From: Chloroflexota bacterium
Lineage (GTDB): Bacteria; Chloroflexota; Anaerolineae; Anaerolineales; Villigracilaceae
Assembly (NCBI GenBank): GCA_043823965.1
Contig: JBDRTP010000313.1
Span: 1-42,933 of the forward strand
DNA: 42,933 bases
Direction of reading: 5' to 3'
Under the pieces are notes generated by a model. It did no database searches. It had not been told where the DNA came from and worked only from the letters and a program-made list of their open reading frames with translations. The position numbers and the translations under genes were made by a program. Within the stretch, counting starts at the first letter, position 1, and the number at the start of each line of letters is the position of its first letter. Positions 17,653 through 24,041 of this stretch are shown piece by piece.

Positions 17653-17660
17653 TCTATAAT
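17653..17660 (+). promoter_or_regulatory. Candidate -10 box (TCTATAAT) for phd/vapC
   Basis: TATAAT at 17655-17660, followed by GGAGGGAGG and the ATG at 17677. Confidence 0.5.
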
Positions 17661-17676
17661 GTGGAGGGAGGCTCGA

Positions 17677-17898
17677 ATGACCGTCTTCAACATCCACGAA
17701 GCGAAAACGCATTTCTCCAAACTGCTCGAACGCGTGATGCGCGGCGAGGAAGTTCTCATTGCCAGGGCGGGCAAGCCTGTGGCGCGCCTTTTGCCGTTCA
17801 CGATAGAGGATATTTCTCCGCGTGTCCCAGGGATTGACAAAGGGAAAGTGACGATCATGCCAGATTTCGATGCGCCACTGCCTGAGTTTGACCTATGA
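17677..17898 (+). CDS. Phd/YefM-family antitoxin
   Basis: MTVFNIHEAKTHFSKLLERVMRGEEVLIARAGKPVARLLP is a typical Phd/YefM N-terminus. A 4-nt overlap with vapC. Confidence 0.8.
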   Translation: MTVFNIHEAKTHFSKLLERVMRGEEVLIARAGKPVARLLPFTIEDISPRVPGIDKGKVTIMPDFDAPLPEFDL

Positions 17899-18281
17899 AA
17901 GTGTTGATTGATACGCACACTTTTCTCTGGTGGAACACGGAAGACGCGCAATTGTCGGCGCGCGCCAAAGAGATCATCGCCGATGGGCGCAATGAAGTTT
18001 TCCTTTCTGCCGCCAGCGCCTGGGAAATCGCGATCAAAACTGCCAAAGGTAAATTGGTTTTACCAGAGGATCCCGCTCAATATGTAGTAAACCGAATGGG
18101 TTTATATCGCTTTCAAGCTTTGCCTGTGCAGATCAACCATGCTTTGCATGTCTATGAACTGCCGCACCATCATGATGATCCGTTTGATAGGTTGTTGATT
18201 GCACAAAGTCAACTGGAAGGATTGCCGCTTATTACTGTTGATAGCGAAATTGAAAAATACGAAGTAGAGATTATCTGGTGA
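17895..18281 (+). CDS. vapC: VapC-family PIN-domain toxin
   Basis: LIDTHTFLWW...SAASAWEIAIK...HHDDPFDRLLIAQS is the PIN acidic-residue pattern. Confidence 0.85.
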   Translation: MKVLIDTHTFLWWNTEDAQLSARAKEIIADGRNEVFLSAASAWEIAIKTAKGKLVLPEDPAQYVVNRMGLYRFQALPVQINHALHVYELPHHHDDPFDRLLIAQSQLEGLPLITVDSEIEKYEVEIIW

Positions 18282-18285
18282 TAGG

Positions 18286-18323
18286 CCTGTGCTGTTGTTT
18301 TGACGGACATGTCTCACCCGCTG
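18286..18323 (+). repeat. Inter-cassette repeat, 5'-truncated A-box copy
   Basis: CCTGTGCTGTTGTTTTGACGGACATGTCTCACCCGCTG begins 5 nt after the vapC stop. Confidence 0.8.
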
Positions 18324-18349
18324 ACTTTTTCTGGCAAACACCCCCTCCA

Positions 18350-18383
18350 CCTTCACCCTTCGGGTACTTCGCGGCACCTCCCC
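18350..18383 (+). repeat. C-box repeat shared with 19204-19237
   Basis: CCTTCACCCTTCGGGTACTTCGCGGCACCTCCCC is identical at both sites. Confidence 0.9.
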
Positions 18384-18549
18384 TCGCGAAGCAGCCCGTA
18401 GGGGCAAATCCGAAATGAAAAGTATTTATGCCAACCAAACGTCAACTGTCGGATTTGGGGGAGGCGGGGCGCGTCTCCACTACAGCGCTTGGGTGGGCGC
18501 GGATTTGAGCAGGCCATGATTTCGCGGGGACATGTCAGGTTTTTCAAGG

Positions 18550-18557
18550 TGTATAAT
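18550..18557 (+). promoter_or_regulatory. Extended -10 box TGTATAAT for the RelE-type pair
   Basis: TGTATAAT is preceded by the repeat end CAGGTTTTT. AGGAG precedes the ATG at 18598. Confidence 0.5.
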
Positions 18558-18597
18558 TTGGGAGATAAATTCAGTAATTAAAAATAGGAGTAAAAAT

Positions 18598-18807
18598 ATG
18601 CTTACCAAAGCGCAAGCCACAGCCGATGTTTTCTGGGTTGCTTTTCGTGAGTTGCCGCGTGATGAACAGAAACTCGTTATCCAGCATTTAATTCGCAATG
18701 AAAATTTACGCCGTGACCTAATGGATTTGGCGGTAATTGAAGAACGCCGTAACGAGCCGCAACGCTCCTTGCGCGCTTACATCAAAGAAACTGCTGGAAA
18801 GAAGTAA
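18598..18807 (+). CDS. Putative antitoxin (unclassified) of a RelE-type toxin
   Basis: 69-aa ORF that begins after AGGAG. Its stop overlaps the toxin start (TAATG). Confidence 0.55.
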   Translation: MLTKAQATADVFWVAFRELPRDEQKLVIQHLIRNENLRRDLMDLAVIEERRNEPQRSLRAYIKETAGKK

Positions 18808-19061
18808 TGACATATCAAGTCATTATCAAAAAACCAGTCGAGAAAGAATTGGACTCGCTCTCTGCAAAATTGCGAGAGCGAATTTTTCAACGACTTCTTG
18901 CGCTTGAAGAAAATCCACGCCCACAGGGAGTAAAAAAGTTGCAGGGCGAAGAATCCTACCGATTGCGAATAGGGGATTATCGCGCATTGTATTCGATTGA
19001 TGACAAGAAAAAGGAAGTTCTAGTTTATGCAGTTGGTCATCGCAGGGAAGTATATCGTTGA
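18807..19061 (+). CDS. relE: RelE/StbE-family mRNA interferase toxin
   Basis: YQVIIKKPVEKELDSL...YRLRIGDYRALYSIDDKKKEVLVYAVGHRREVY is the RelE/ParE signature. Confidence 0.85.
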   Translation: MTYQVIIKKPVEKELDSLSAKLRERIFQRLLALEENPRPQGVKKLQGEESYRLRIGDYRALYSIDDKKKEVLVYAVGHRREVYR

Positions 19062-19066
19062 TCTTG

Positions 19067-19096
19067 ATCGGGACAGCAATGTCCCGATTTTATTTG
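19067..19096 (+). terminator. Intrinsic terminator after relE
   Basis: ATCGGGACA-gcaa-TGTCCCGAT followed by TTTATTTG. Confidence 0.7.
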
Positions 19097-19159
19097 AAAC
19101 AGGTGGAGCGCAATTGCTCACATATTGCGCATGTCCATTTGTGGCGCGTGCATGAGCAT

Positions 19160-19364
19160 GGCAAACTTGTTCTCATGCGGAACTTGTCCGCTTGCCCCCA
19201 TCGCCTTCACCCTTCGGGTACTTCGCGGCACCTCCCCCATTTTCGGCTTTCTCGAAAATGGGGGAGGCTGGGTGGGGCAAGGCGCGTGTCCGTTACGGCG
19301 ATTGCGTGGGCGCGGATTTGCGCAAGTCAAGGTTTCGCGGAGACACCTTCGGCAGGTTTTTGGG
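19160..19364 (+). repeat. Inter-cassette repeat, mosaic copy (B-like, C-box, hairpin, D-box/tail)
   Basis: GGCAAACTTGTTCTCATGCGG..., then the C-box at 19204-19237. A 13-bp perfect hairpin pairs CCTCCCCCATTTT (19231-19243) with AAAATGGGGGAGG (19255-19267). The tail is GCGCGGATTTGCGCAAGTCAAGGTTTCGCGGAGACACCTTCGGCAGGTTTTTGG. Confidence 0.8.
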
Positions 19365-19365
19365 A

Positions 19366-19373
19366 GGTATAAT
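19366..19373 (+). promoter_or_regulatory. Candidate -10 box (GGTATAAT) for the MazF-type pair
   Basis: TATAAT at 19368-19373. The leader TCTGGGCAAGGAGAATCCGCC precedes the ATG at 19394. Confidence 0.5.
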
Positions 19374-19393
19374 CTGGGCAAGGAGAATCCGCC

Positions 19394-19618
19394 ATGGCAC
19401 TCAGCGAAAAAATCCAGGAATACATCCAGAAACTTCCCCCGTCGTTTCAGGAAGAAGTACTGGACTTTCTAGAATATCTGCTCGTTAAAGCGGAACGCGA
19501 ATCGGCGCGGCGCGAAGAAAAAGAGTGGGCACGCCTGTCGCTTGAATCTGCCATGCGTGGGATGGAAGATGAACCTGATCTGTATACCATCGCTGACCTA
19601 AAGGTGAAGTACGAATGA
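19394..19618 (+). CDS. DUF2281-type antitoxin
   Basis: IQEYIQKLPPSFQEEVLDFLEYLL is the DUF2281 signature. A 4-nt overlap with the toxin gene. Confidence 0.65.
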   Translation: MALSEKIQEYIQKLPPSFQEEVLDFLEYLLVKAERESARREEKEWARLSLESAMRGMEDEPDLYTIADLKVKYE

Positions 19619-19959
19619 GACAGGCTGGGGATGTCGTTCTGACCCGTTTTTCCCTGGCAAATTTAGCCGAAGGAAAACTCCGCCCTGCGTTGTTGCTCGG
19701 CAGATTGTCTGGCGATTACGATGACTGGCTGATCTGCATGATCTCGTCACAGGCGCGCCATTATCAGCCTGACTTCGATGAACTCGTCAGCGAGAGTGAT
19801 TCTGACTTTGCGGATTGCGGTTTGAAAACAACCAACGTCATTCGGGTGGAGAGGCTTGCAGTTGTTGAAACCAGTATTCTGCTTGGTGATGTCGGTCATA
19901 TTTCTGCAGAACGGTTACAACGTATCAAGCGCCATCTTGCAGATTGGATTTTAGAGTAA
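19615..19959 (+). CDS. mazF: PemK/MazF-family toxin
   Basis: GDVVLTRF...KLRPALLLGR...WLICMISSQ...VIRVERLAVVE fits the MazF/PemK SH3-like fold pattern. Confidence 0.75.
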   Translation: MRQAGDVVLTRFSLANLAEGKLRPALLLGRLSGDYDDWLICMISSQARHYQPDFDELVSESDSDFADCGLKTTNVIRVERLAVVETSILLGDVGHISAERLQRIKRHLADWILE

Positions 19960-19963
19960 TCAG

Positions 19964-19988
19964 CGGAGCCACATGGCCCCGTTTTTTT
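19964..19988 (+). terminator. Probable intrinsic terminator after mazF
   Basis: CGGAGCC-acat-GGCCCCG (one mismatch) followed by TTTTTTT. Confidence 0.5.
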
Positions 19989-20055
19989 ATGCGGTGAATT
20001 CTCATGTCCAAAATTGACACCCTCGTGCAAGGTTTCCTTGGCCCCTCACCCCTGG

Positions 20056-20080
20056 CCCCTCTCCCAAAAAGGGAGAGGGG
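20056..20080. repeat. Perfect 10-bp hairpin CCCCTCTCCC-aaaaa-GGGAGAGGGG
   Basis: Seen directly; the right arm runs into the A-box. Confidence 0.9.
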
Positions 20081-20215
20081 ACTCGCGCCTGTTTTGACGG
20101 ACATGTCTCACCCGCTGGTGTCCCGCTTGGTGGGGTGAGCAAACCTGACAGGTCTCATGCGGCTCTCGTCCGCCCGTGGCGCTTGCGCGGACATGGATTC
20201 GCGCTGGGGAAGGTT
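20075..20215 (+). repeat. Inter-cassette repeat copy (A-box, stem, B-box)
   Basis: A-box 20075-20117. Stem CTCACCC (20107-20113) / GGGTGAG (20133-20139). B-box 20138-20186. Confidence 0.85.
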
Positions 20216-20261
20216 TTGTGGACCAGGAATGATGTGTGGCGCATTCGCGCTTGGTTTGCAG

Positions 20262-20269
20262 TGTATAAT
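20262..20269 (+). promoter_or_regulatory. Extended -10 box TGTATAAT for UPF0175/DUF3368
   Basis: Followed by the leader CTAAGCAGGAGAATCCATT and the ATG at 20289. Confidence 0.5.
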
Positions 20270-20288
20270 CTAAGCAGGAGAATCCATT

Positions 20289-20540
20289 ATGGTCACAAGA
20301 CATATTTCAATTGAGATTCCCGAATCCATTTTGCTCGCCGAAAAGACGGATGAAGTTGCTTTTGCTCGCGAGTTGCGCGTCCTTGCGGCGGTGAAACTGT
20401 ACGAGATGGGACGGTTGTCATCAGGCCGCGCCGCTGAACTGGCGGGTATGCCGCGCGTGGAGTTCCTTGTCAATTTGGGGCGATACAAAGTCTTTCCACT
20501 TCAAGCCGAATTAAACGATCTGGAAAGCCATGCCGCCTGA
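20289..20540 (+). CDS. UPF0175-family antitoxin-like protein
   Basis: LRVLAAVKLYEMGRLSSGRAAELAGMPRVEFLVNLGRY is the UPF0175 signature. Confidence 0.75.
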   Translation: MVTRHISIEIPESILLAEKTDEVAFARELRVLAAVKLYEMGRLSSGRAAELAGMPRVEFLVNLGRYKVFPLQAELNDLESHAA

Positions 20541-21021
20541 AGCCATCAGCAACACATCGCCATTGTTGTATCTTTATCGTATTGACGGACTCAATTGGCT
20601 TTCGAAACTGTTTGATTCCATTTGGGTTCCACAAGCCGTTGCAGATGAATTCAAAGAGGGGCGGCGCAGAGGCTATGATGTACCTGACCTTGCCAAATAC
20701 AACTGGTTGAAAATCGTTAATCCCAAAGCGATGCCGTCCGAATGGCTGGCTCTCGATTTGGGCGCGGGAGAACTGTCCGCGATGGCGCTTGCATTGGAAA
20801 ATCTCACTCGAATTATCTTGCTCGATGATTTGCTGGCGCGTCGTACTGCACAGGCGGCAGGTCTCACGGTTTGGGGAACGTTGAGGCTTTTGCTTGAAGC
20901 CAAATCGAACGGCCTGATCGATTCTGTCGGGATGTATATCAATCGTTTGAGTGAATCGGGTATGTGGATTTCAGACGAAGTCCGTCAACGGATTTTAGTG
21001 TTGGCAGGTGAACAACCATGA
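20530..21021 (+). CDS. DUF3368 (PIN-like) protein, putative toxin
   Basis: ISNTSPLLYLYRIDGLNWLSKLF...VPQAV..E matches the DUF3368 N-terminus. It overlaps the UPF0175 gene by 11 nt. Confidence 0.75.
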   Translation: MPPEAISNTSPLLYLYRIDGLNWLSKLFDSIWVPQAVADEFKEGRRRGYDVPDLAKYNWLKIVNPKAMPSEWLALDLGAGELSAMALALENLTRIILLDDLLARRTAQAAGLTVWGTLRLLLEAKSNGLIDSVGMYINRLSESGMWISDEVRQRILVLAGEQP

Positions 21022-21236
21022 CCATCCATGTTCCGAGTGAAAGACAAGTTATACAAGAAGCGGCTCAAGTGTTGATCCAGCACATGAGTCCCGCCAAAGC
21101 AACGCGCTTCTGGGCCTCCTGGCAGGTCGGCGAAGGTGATTATCCTGCCATTCGCGAACAACTGTTTGCGAAAGAGACGGTGGCGTCTCTTTATAAGCAA
21201 ATCGAAAAATATCAGAAAAAGAAGACGAGAAAGTGA
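21018..21236 (+). CDS. Small hypothetical protein, third gene of the UPF0175/DUF3368 cassette
   Basis: 72-aa ORF with a 4-nt ATGA overlap on the DUF3368 stop and a terminator directly downstream. I recognise no family. Confidence 0.5.
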   Translation: MTIHVPSERQVIQEAAQVLIQHMSPAKATRFWASWQVGEGDYPAIREQLFAKETVASLYKQIEKYQKKKTRK

Positions 21237-21242
21237 TAAAAG

Positions 21243-21270
21243 TCGGAGCCGTGTGGCTCCGATTTTCTTT
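21243..21270 (+). terminator. Intrinsic terminator
   Basis: TCGGAGCC-gtgt-GGCTCCGA followed by TTTTCTTT. The same hairpin type occurs at 17329. Confidence 0.75.
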
Positions 21271-21271
21271 C

Positions 21272-21449
21272 GAGGGGACTCGCGCCTGTTGTAACGACAT
21301 GTCTCACCCGCTGATTTGTCCCGTTTGAGGGAGTGGGCAAACCTGGTCTTATGCGGCTCTCGTCCGCGTGTGTCGCGTGCGCGGACATGGCTCCGCGCGG
21401 GGGAAGGTTTCGTGAACGTGTACCCAAAGGGTGGACCTGTCAGTTTTTT
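21272..21449 (+). repeat. Inter-cassette repeat, full-length copy
   Basis: A-box 21272-21313, stem CCCGCT/AGTGGG, B-box 21336-21380, and a tail to CAGTTTTTT at about 21449. Confidence 0.85.
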
Positions 21450-21455
21450 ATGCGG

Positions 21456-21463
21456 TGTATAAT
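21456..21463 (+). promoter_or_regulatory. Extended -10 box TGTATAAT for the terminal cassette
   Basis: Followed by CAGGAGAACC and the ATG at 21489. Confidence 0.5.
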
Positions 21464-21488
21464 ATGAGCAAGAGACAGGAGAACCAAC

Positions 21489-22097
21489 ATGACTCGAACC
21501 TTTACCGCTGTGATTCACAAAGAAGATGATTGGTATGTGGCGGATTGTCCCGAAGTTGGAACCGTCAGCCAGGGAAAAACCGTATCCACCTTTGCAGCCA
21601 TTCCTTTTCTCATCATCCTCGCCTGCACACTGACGACCATATCCCCTGTGGATACTTCCCAGCCGCCGGTCGGCGCGACGGAGACCGTGGAAGTCCCATC
21701 TCTGCCGCGCTGGATGGGATACGAGCAGACTCTGTCCGCTGTTTTGCTGGCTGGTACCGGCGAGGAGGGCTTCTGCGAGTGGGATATCCTCGGCCATACG
21801 GATACCGACGTCTACGTTTGGGCGTTGTGTCAGGTGCGCAGTTCTGGCGATGGCGCCGCCAGCATGTCTCCGGCGGTCATCTATCTGAGCGCGGACGGGC
21901 GCATTGACCGCGTTGCCATGCCGCGCGAATCGTCCTATCTCGACGACATCAAATCCCTCTTCCCGTCTGACTTGCAAGCCTGCGCTATGGACAATGCCTG
22001 TTTCGATGGCCCGGCTGCCATGCAGCACATCGCCCTGCGCCGCGCCGACCCGTCCATCCCGCCCGCGATTATAGAGCAGGGTGTGGAATTGCCATAA
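21489..22097 (+). CDS. Chimeric ORF: HicB-like N-terminus (~31 aa) fused to a putative lipoprotein/secreted protein body
   Basis: MTRTFTAVIHKEDDWYVADCPEVGTVSQGKT matches the start of HicB/UPF0150 antitoxins. The ORF then switches to a signal/lipobox-like AAIPFLIILACTL and an unrelated 160-aa domain. Confidence 0.6.
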   Translation: MTRTFTAVIHKEDDWYVADCPEVGTVSQGKTVSTFAAIPFLIILACTLTTISPVDTSQPPVGATETVEVPSLPRWMGYEQTLSAVLLAGTGEEGFCEWDILGHTDTDVYVWALCQVRSSGDGAASMSPAVIYLSADGRIDRVAMPRESSYLDDIKSLFPSDLQACAMDNACFDGPAAMQHIALRRADPSIPPAIIEQGVELP

Positions 22098-22109
22098 AAA
22101 GGGAAGACA

Positions 22110-22523
22110 ATGCCGAAAATTAACAAAATCAATCACGTTGCCTTCGTCGTGGACGACATGCGGAAATCGCTCTCGTTCTGGCGCGACGCCCTCGGCCTGC
22201 AAATGACCGAACTGCGCGATAATCCTGCCGAGCAGGCGCAGATAGCCTTCCTGCCGATTGCGGGCAGTGAAATCGAACTCGTTCGTCCGACGAGCGAGGA
22301 TTCCGGTTTGGCGAAATATCTGGCCAGGCGCGGCCCCGGGATGCACCACATCTGCTTCGAAACGGACGACATCCAAGGCATGCTGGCGCAGTTGCAAGCA
22401 AGGGGTGTGCGTCTCATCAACGAGACGCCGCGCACCGGCGGAGATGGGCGCAAATATGCCTTCATCCATCCCGAGTCCACGGGCGGGGTGTTGGTGGAAC
22501 TCTACCAGTTCGCTGTGGTTTAA
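22110..22523 (+). CDS. mce: Methylmalonyl-CoA epimerase (VOC superfamily)
   Basis: INHVAFVVDDM...LGL...IAFL..G.SEIELV.P......KYL...GPGMHHICFETDDI...GVRLI...P..G.....AFIHP...GGVLVEL is the typical epimerase pattern. Confidence 0.85.
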   Translation: MPKINKINHVAFVVDDMRKSLSFWRDALGLQMTELRDNPAEQAQIAFLPIAGSEIELVRPTSEDSGLAKYLARRGPGMHHICFETDDIQGMLAQLQARGVRLINETPRTGGDGRKYAFIHPESTGGVLVELYQFAVV

Positions 22524-22530
22524 TAGAGAT

Positions 22531-23934
22531 ATGTCGAAGAGAGTTGACCTTTCATCTTGCGGCCTTCCGCCTTCCGCCTTGCTTGTTGTCGGCGTCTCCG
22601 GCGGCGCGGATAGTCTTTGTCTGCTTCACGTGCTCCACTCAGCGGGTTATTCGCTCATCGCGGCGCATTTCAATCACAAACTGCGCCCTGAAGCCGGCGC
22701 GGACGCCGAAGCCGTGCGCAGCGTTGCAAAAAAGATGGACGTGCCATTCGTGACCGAATCTGCGGATGTGAAGGCGTACGCCGCACAGGAAGGTTTATCC
22801 GTCGAAGAAGCCGCCCGCACGCTGCGTTATCGTTTTCTATTTGCCGAGGCTCGCAAACAAAAAGCGCAGGCTGTGGCCGTCGGCCATACCGCCGACGACC
22901 AGGTGGAGACAGTATTGATGCACTTCATTCGCGGCGCGGGGTTGGCGGGTTTGAAAGGCATGACTCCGCACACGATTTTACCGGTCTTTGAGGCTGAAAT
23001 CCCGCTTGTGCGCCCGTTGCTTTCACTCTGGCGTGCAGATACCGAAACCTATTGCCGCGCGCACGGACTGGACTTTATCACCGACGCCTCCAACGCCGAC
23101 CAGACCTACTTCCGCAACCGCCTGCGCCACAGCCTGATCCCTGAACTCGAAAAATATAATCCCCGCTTCAAAGAAGCCCTGGTGCGCACGGCGGGGGCCT
23201 TGCAAGGCGATCATGCCGCGTTGCAGGAAATGCTGGATCGGGCCTGGAAGGATGTCTTCGCCGAGGTGGGAGATGGCTGGTTCGCCTTCGAGAAGTCCGG
23301 ACTGGCAAAACTCTCCCCCGGTTTACGGCGGGATCTCATCCGCCGGGCGGCTGAAGCACTGCGGCCCGACAGCCGGGATTTTGGGTTCGAGGCGCTGGAG
23401 CGGGCGGCGGCGTTTGCCGAGACTCCCGCCGGGAAACAGATTGATTTTATGAATGGATTGTACCTTTTTGCCGAAGGCGGAAGAATCTACATCGCCGCTT
23501 ACGAAGCTGACTTGCCCTCTGCTCAATTTCCGCAGGTGACTGCCTCCTGCCTGCTGCCGACTGGCGAATGTCTTGACTTGGGCAACGGCTGGATACTGTC
23601 CACTGAACACTGTCCACTGAACACTGCTGACTGGTCACTGAACACCGATCACTGGTCAGCGTGGCTGGATGCTGATACAACGGGGAGCAGGCTCCAGGTC
23701 CGGCCGCGCCGCGAGGCTGATCGCTTTCAACCGCTGGGCATGGACGGGCGGTCAGTCAAATTATCTGATTTCTTCGTCAACGTCAAACTGCCCAAGCGGG
23801 CGCGGGCAAAATGGCCGCTGGTCTGCGTGGGCGATGAAATTGCCTGGCTGGCGGGGTTTCGCATCGCGCACCTGTTCCGCATCACCGAAAAGACGAAGCG
23901 AGTTGTTCATCTTTCCCTGGTGAATAAAAAGTAA
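22531..23934 (+). CDS. tilS: tRNA(Ile)-lysidine synthetase TilS
   Basis: PP-loop VGVSGGADS, HFNHKLR, GHTADDQVETVLM, and a C-terminal RPRREADRFQPLGM..SVKLSDFFVN.KLP. The ATG at 22531 follows the mce stop; the track start at 22258 overlaps mce. Confidence 0.9.
   Translation: MSKRVDLSSCGLPPSALLVVGVSGGADSLCLLHVLHSAGYSLIAAHFNHKLRPEAGADAEAVRSVAKKMDVPFVTESADVKAYAAQEGLSVEEAARTLRYRFLFAEARKQKAQAVAVGHTADDQVETVLMHFIRGAGLAGLKGMTPHTILPVFEAEIPLVRPLLSLWRADTETYCRAHGLDFITDASNADQTYFRNRLRHSLIPELEKYNPRFKEALVRTAGALQGDHAALQEMLDRAWKDVFAEVGDGWFAFEKSGLAKLSPGLRRDLIRRAAEALRPDSRDFGFEALERAAAFAETPAGKQIDFMNGLYLFAEGGRIYIAAYEADLPSAQFPQVTASCLLPTGECLDLGNGWILSTEHCPLNTADWSLNTDHWSAWLDADTTGSRLQVRPRREADRFQPLGMDGRSVKLSDFFVNVKLPKRARAKWPLVCVGDEIAWLAGFRIAHLFRITEKTKRVVHLSLVNKK
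23596..23658. repeat. Nine-unit heptamer array embedded in frame in tilS
   Basis: CTGTCCA CTGAACA CTGTCCA CTGAACA CTGCTGA CTGGTCA CTGAACA CCGATCA CTGGTCA (63 nt), encoding LSTEHCPLNTADWSLNTDHWS. Confidence 0.9.
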
Positions 23935-24000
23935 GGGCGACCAGCTTATTGGTCGCCCTTACTTTATCATTCGAAAGCTCACGCTTTCGAAGCGGTTTTT
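23933..24000. terminator. Two hairpins between convergent tilS and the recombinase-like gene (bidirectional terminator region)
   Basis: AAGGGCGACCA-gctta-TGGTCGCCCTT (23933-23960) with T-rich flanks on both strands. TTCGAAAGC-tcac-GCTTTCGAA (23970-23991) is followed by GCGGTTTTT. Confidence 0.6.
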
Positions 24001-24041
24001 CCCGATAATGGTAGCTGCTTCTACTGTGCTTTGCGGAGCAG

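Noticed and set aside
19058-19488. ORFs inside inter-cassette repeats (19058..19372, 19125..19472, 19192..19488, and similar ones at 17043..17570, 18102..18698, 20046..20303)
   Set aside because: They lie wholly in the GC-rich repeats and carry the recurring translated repeat words (for example RVRHVRQNRRESP). They have no ribosome-binding sites and overlap terminators and promoters.
15598-21585. Classical integron (intI plus attI plus attC array)
   Set aside because: No IntI-like gene adjoins either end. The nearest recombinase homolog (24042-24929) is 2.5 kb away, lies beyond two core genes and lacks catalytic residues. I also could not find RYYYAAC/GTTRRRY core pairs at the repeat ends. 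I kept it only as an integron-like analogy.
20985-22469. 494-aa minus-strand ORF
   Set aside because: It crosses a terminator, an inter-cassette repeat and three plus-strand genes, so it has no coherent domain.
22258-22530. Longer tilS start at 22258
   Set aside because: It overlaps almost all of mce in another frame. The ATG at 22531 lies just after the mce stop and precedes the PP-loop at the normal distance.
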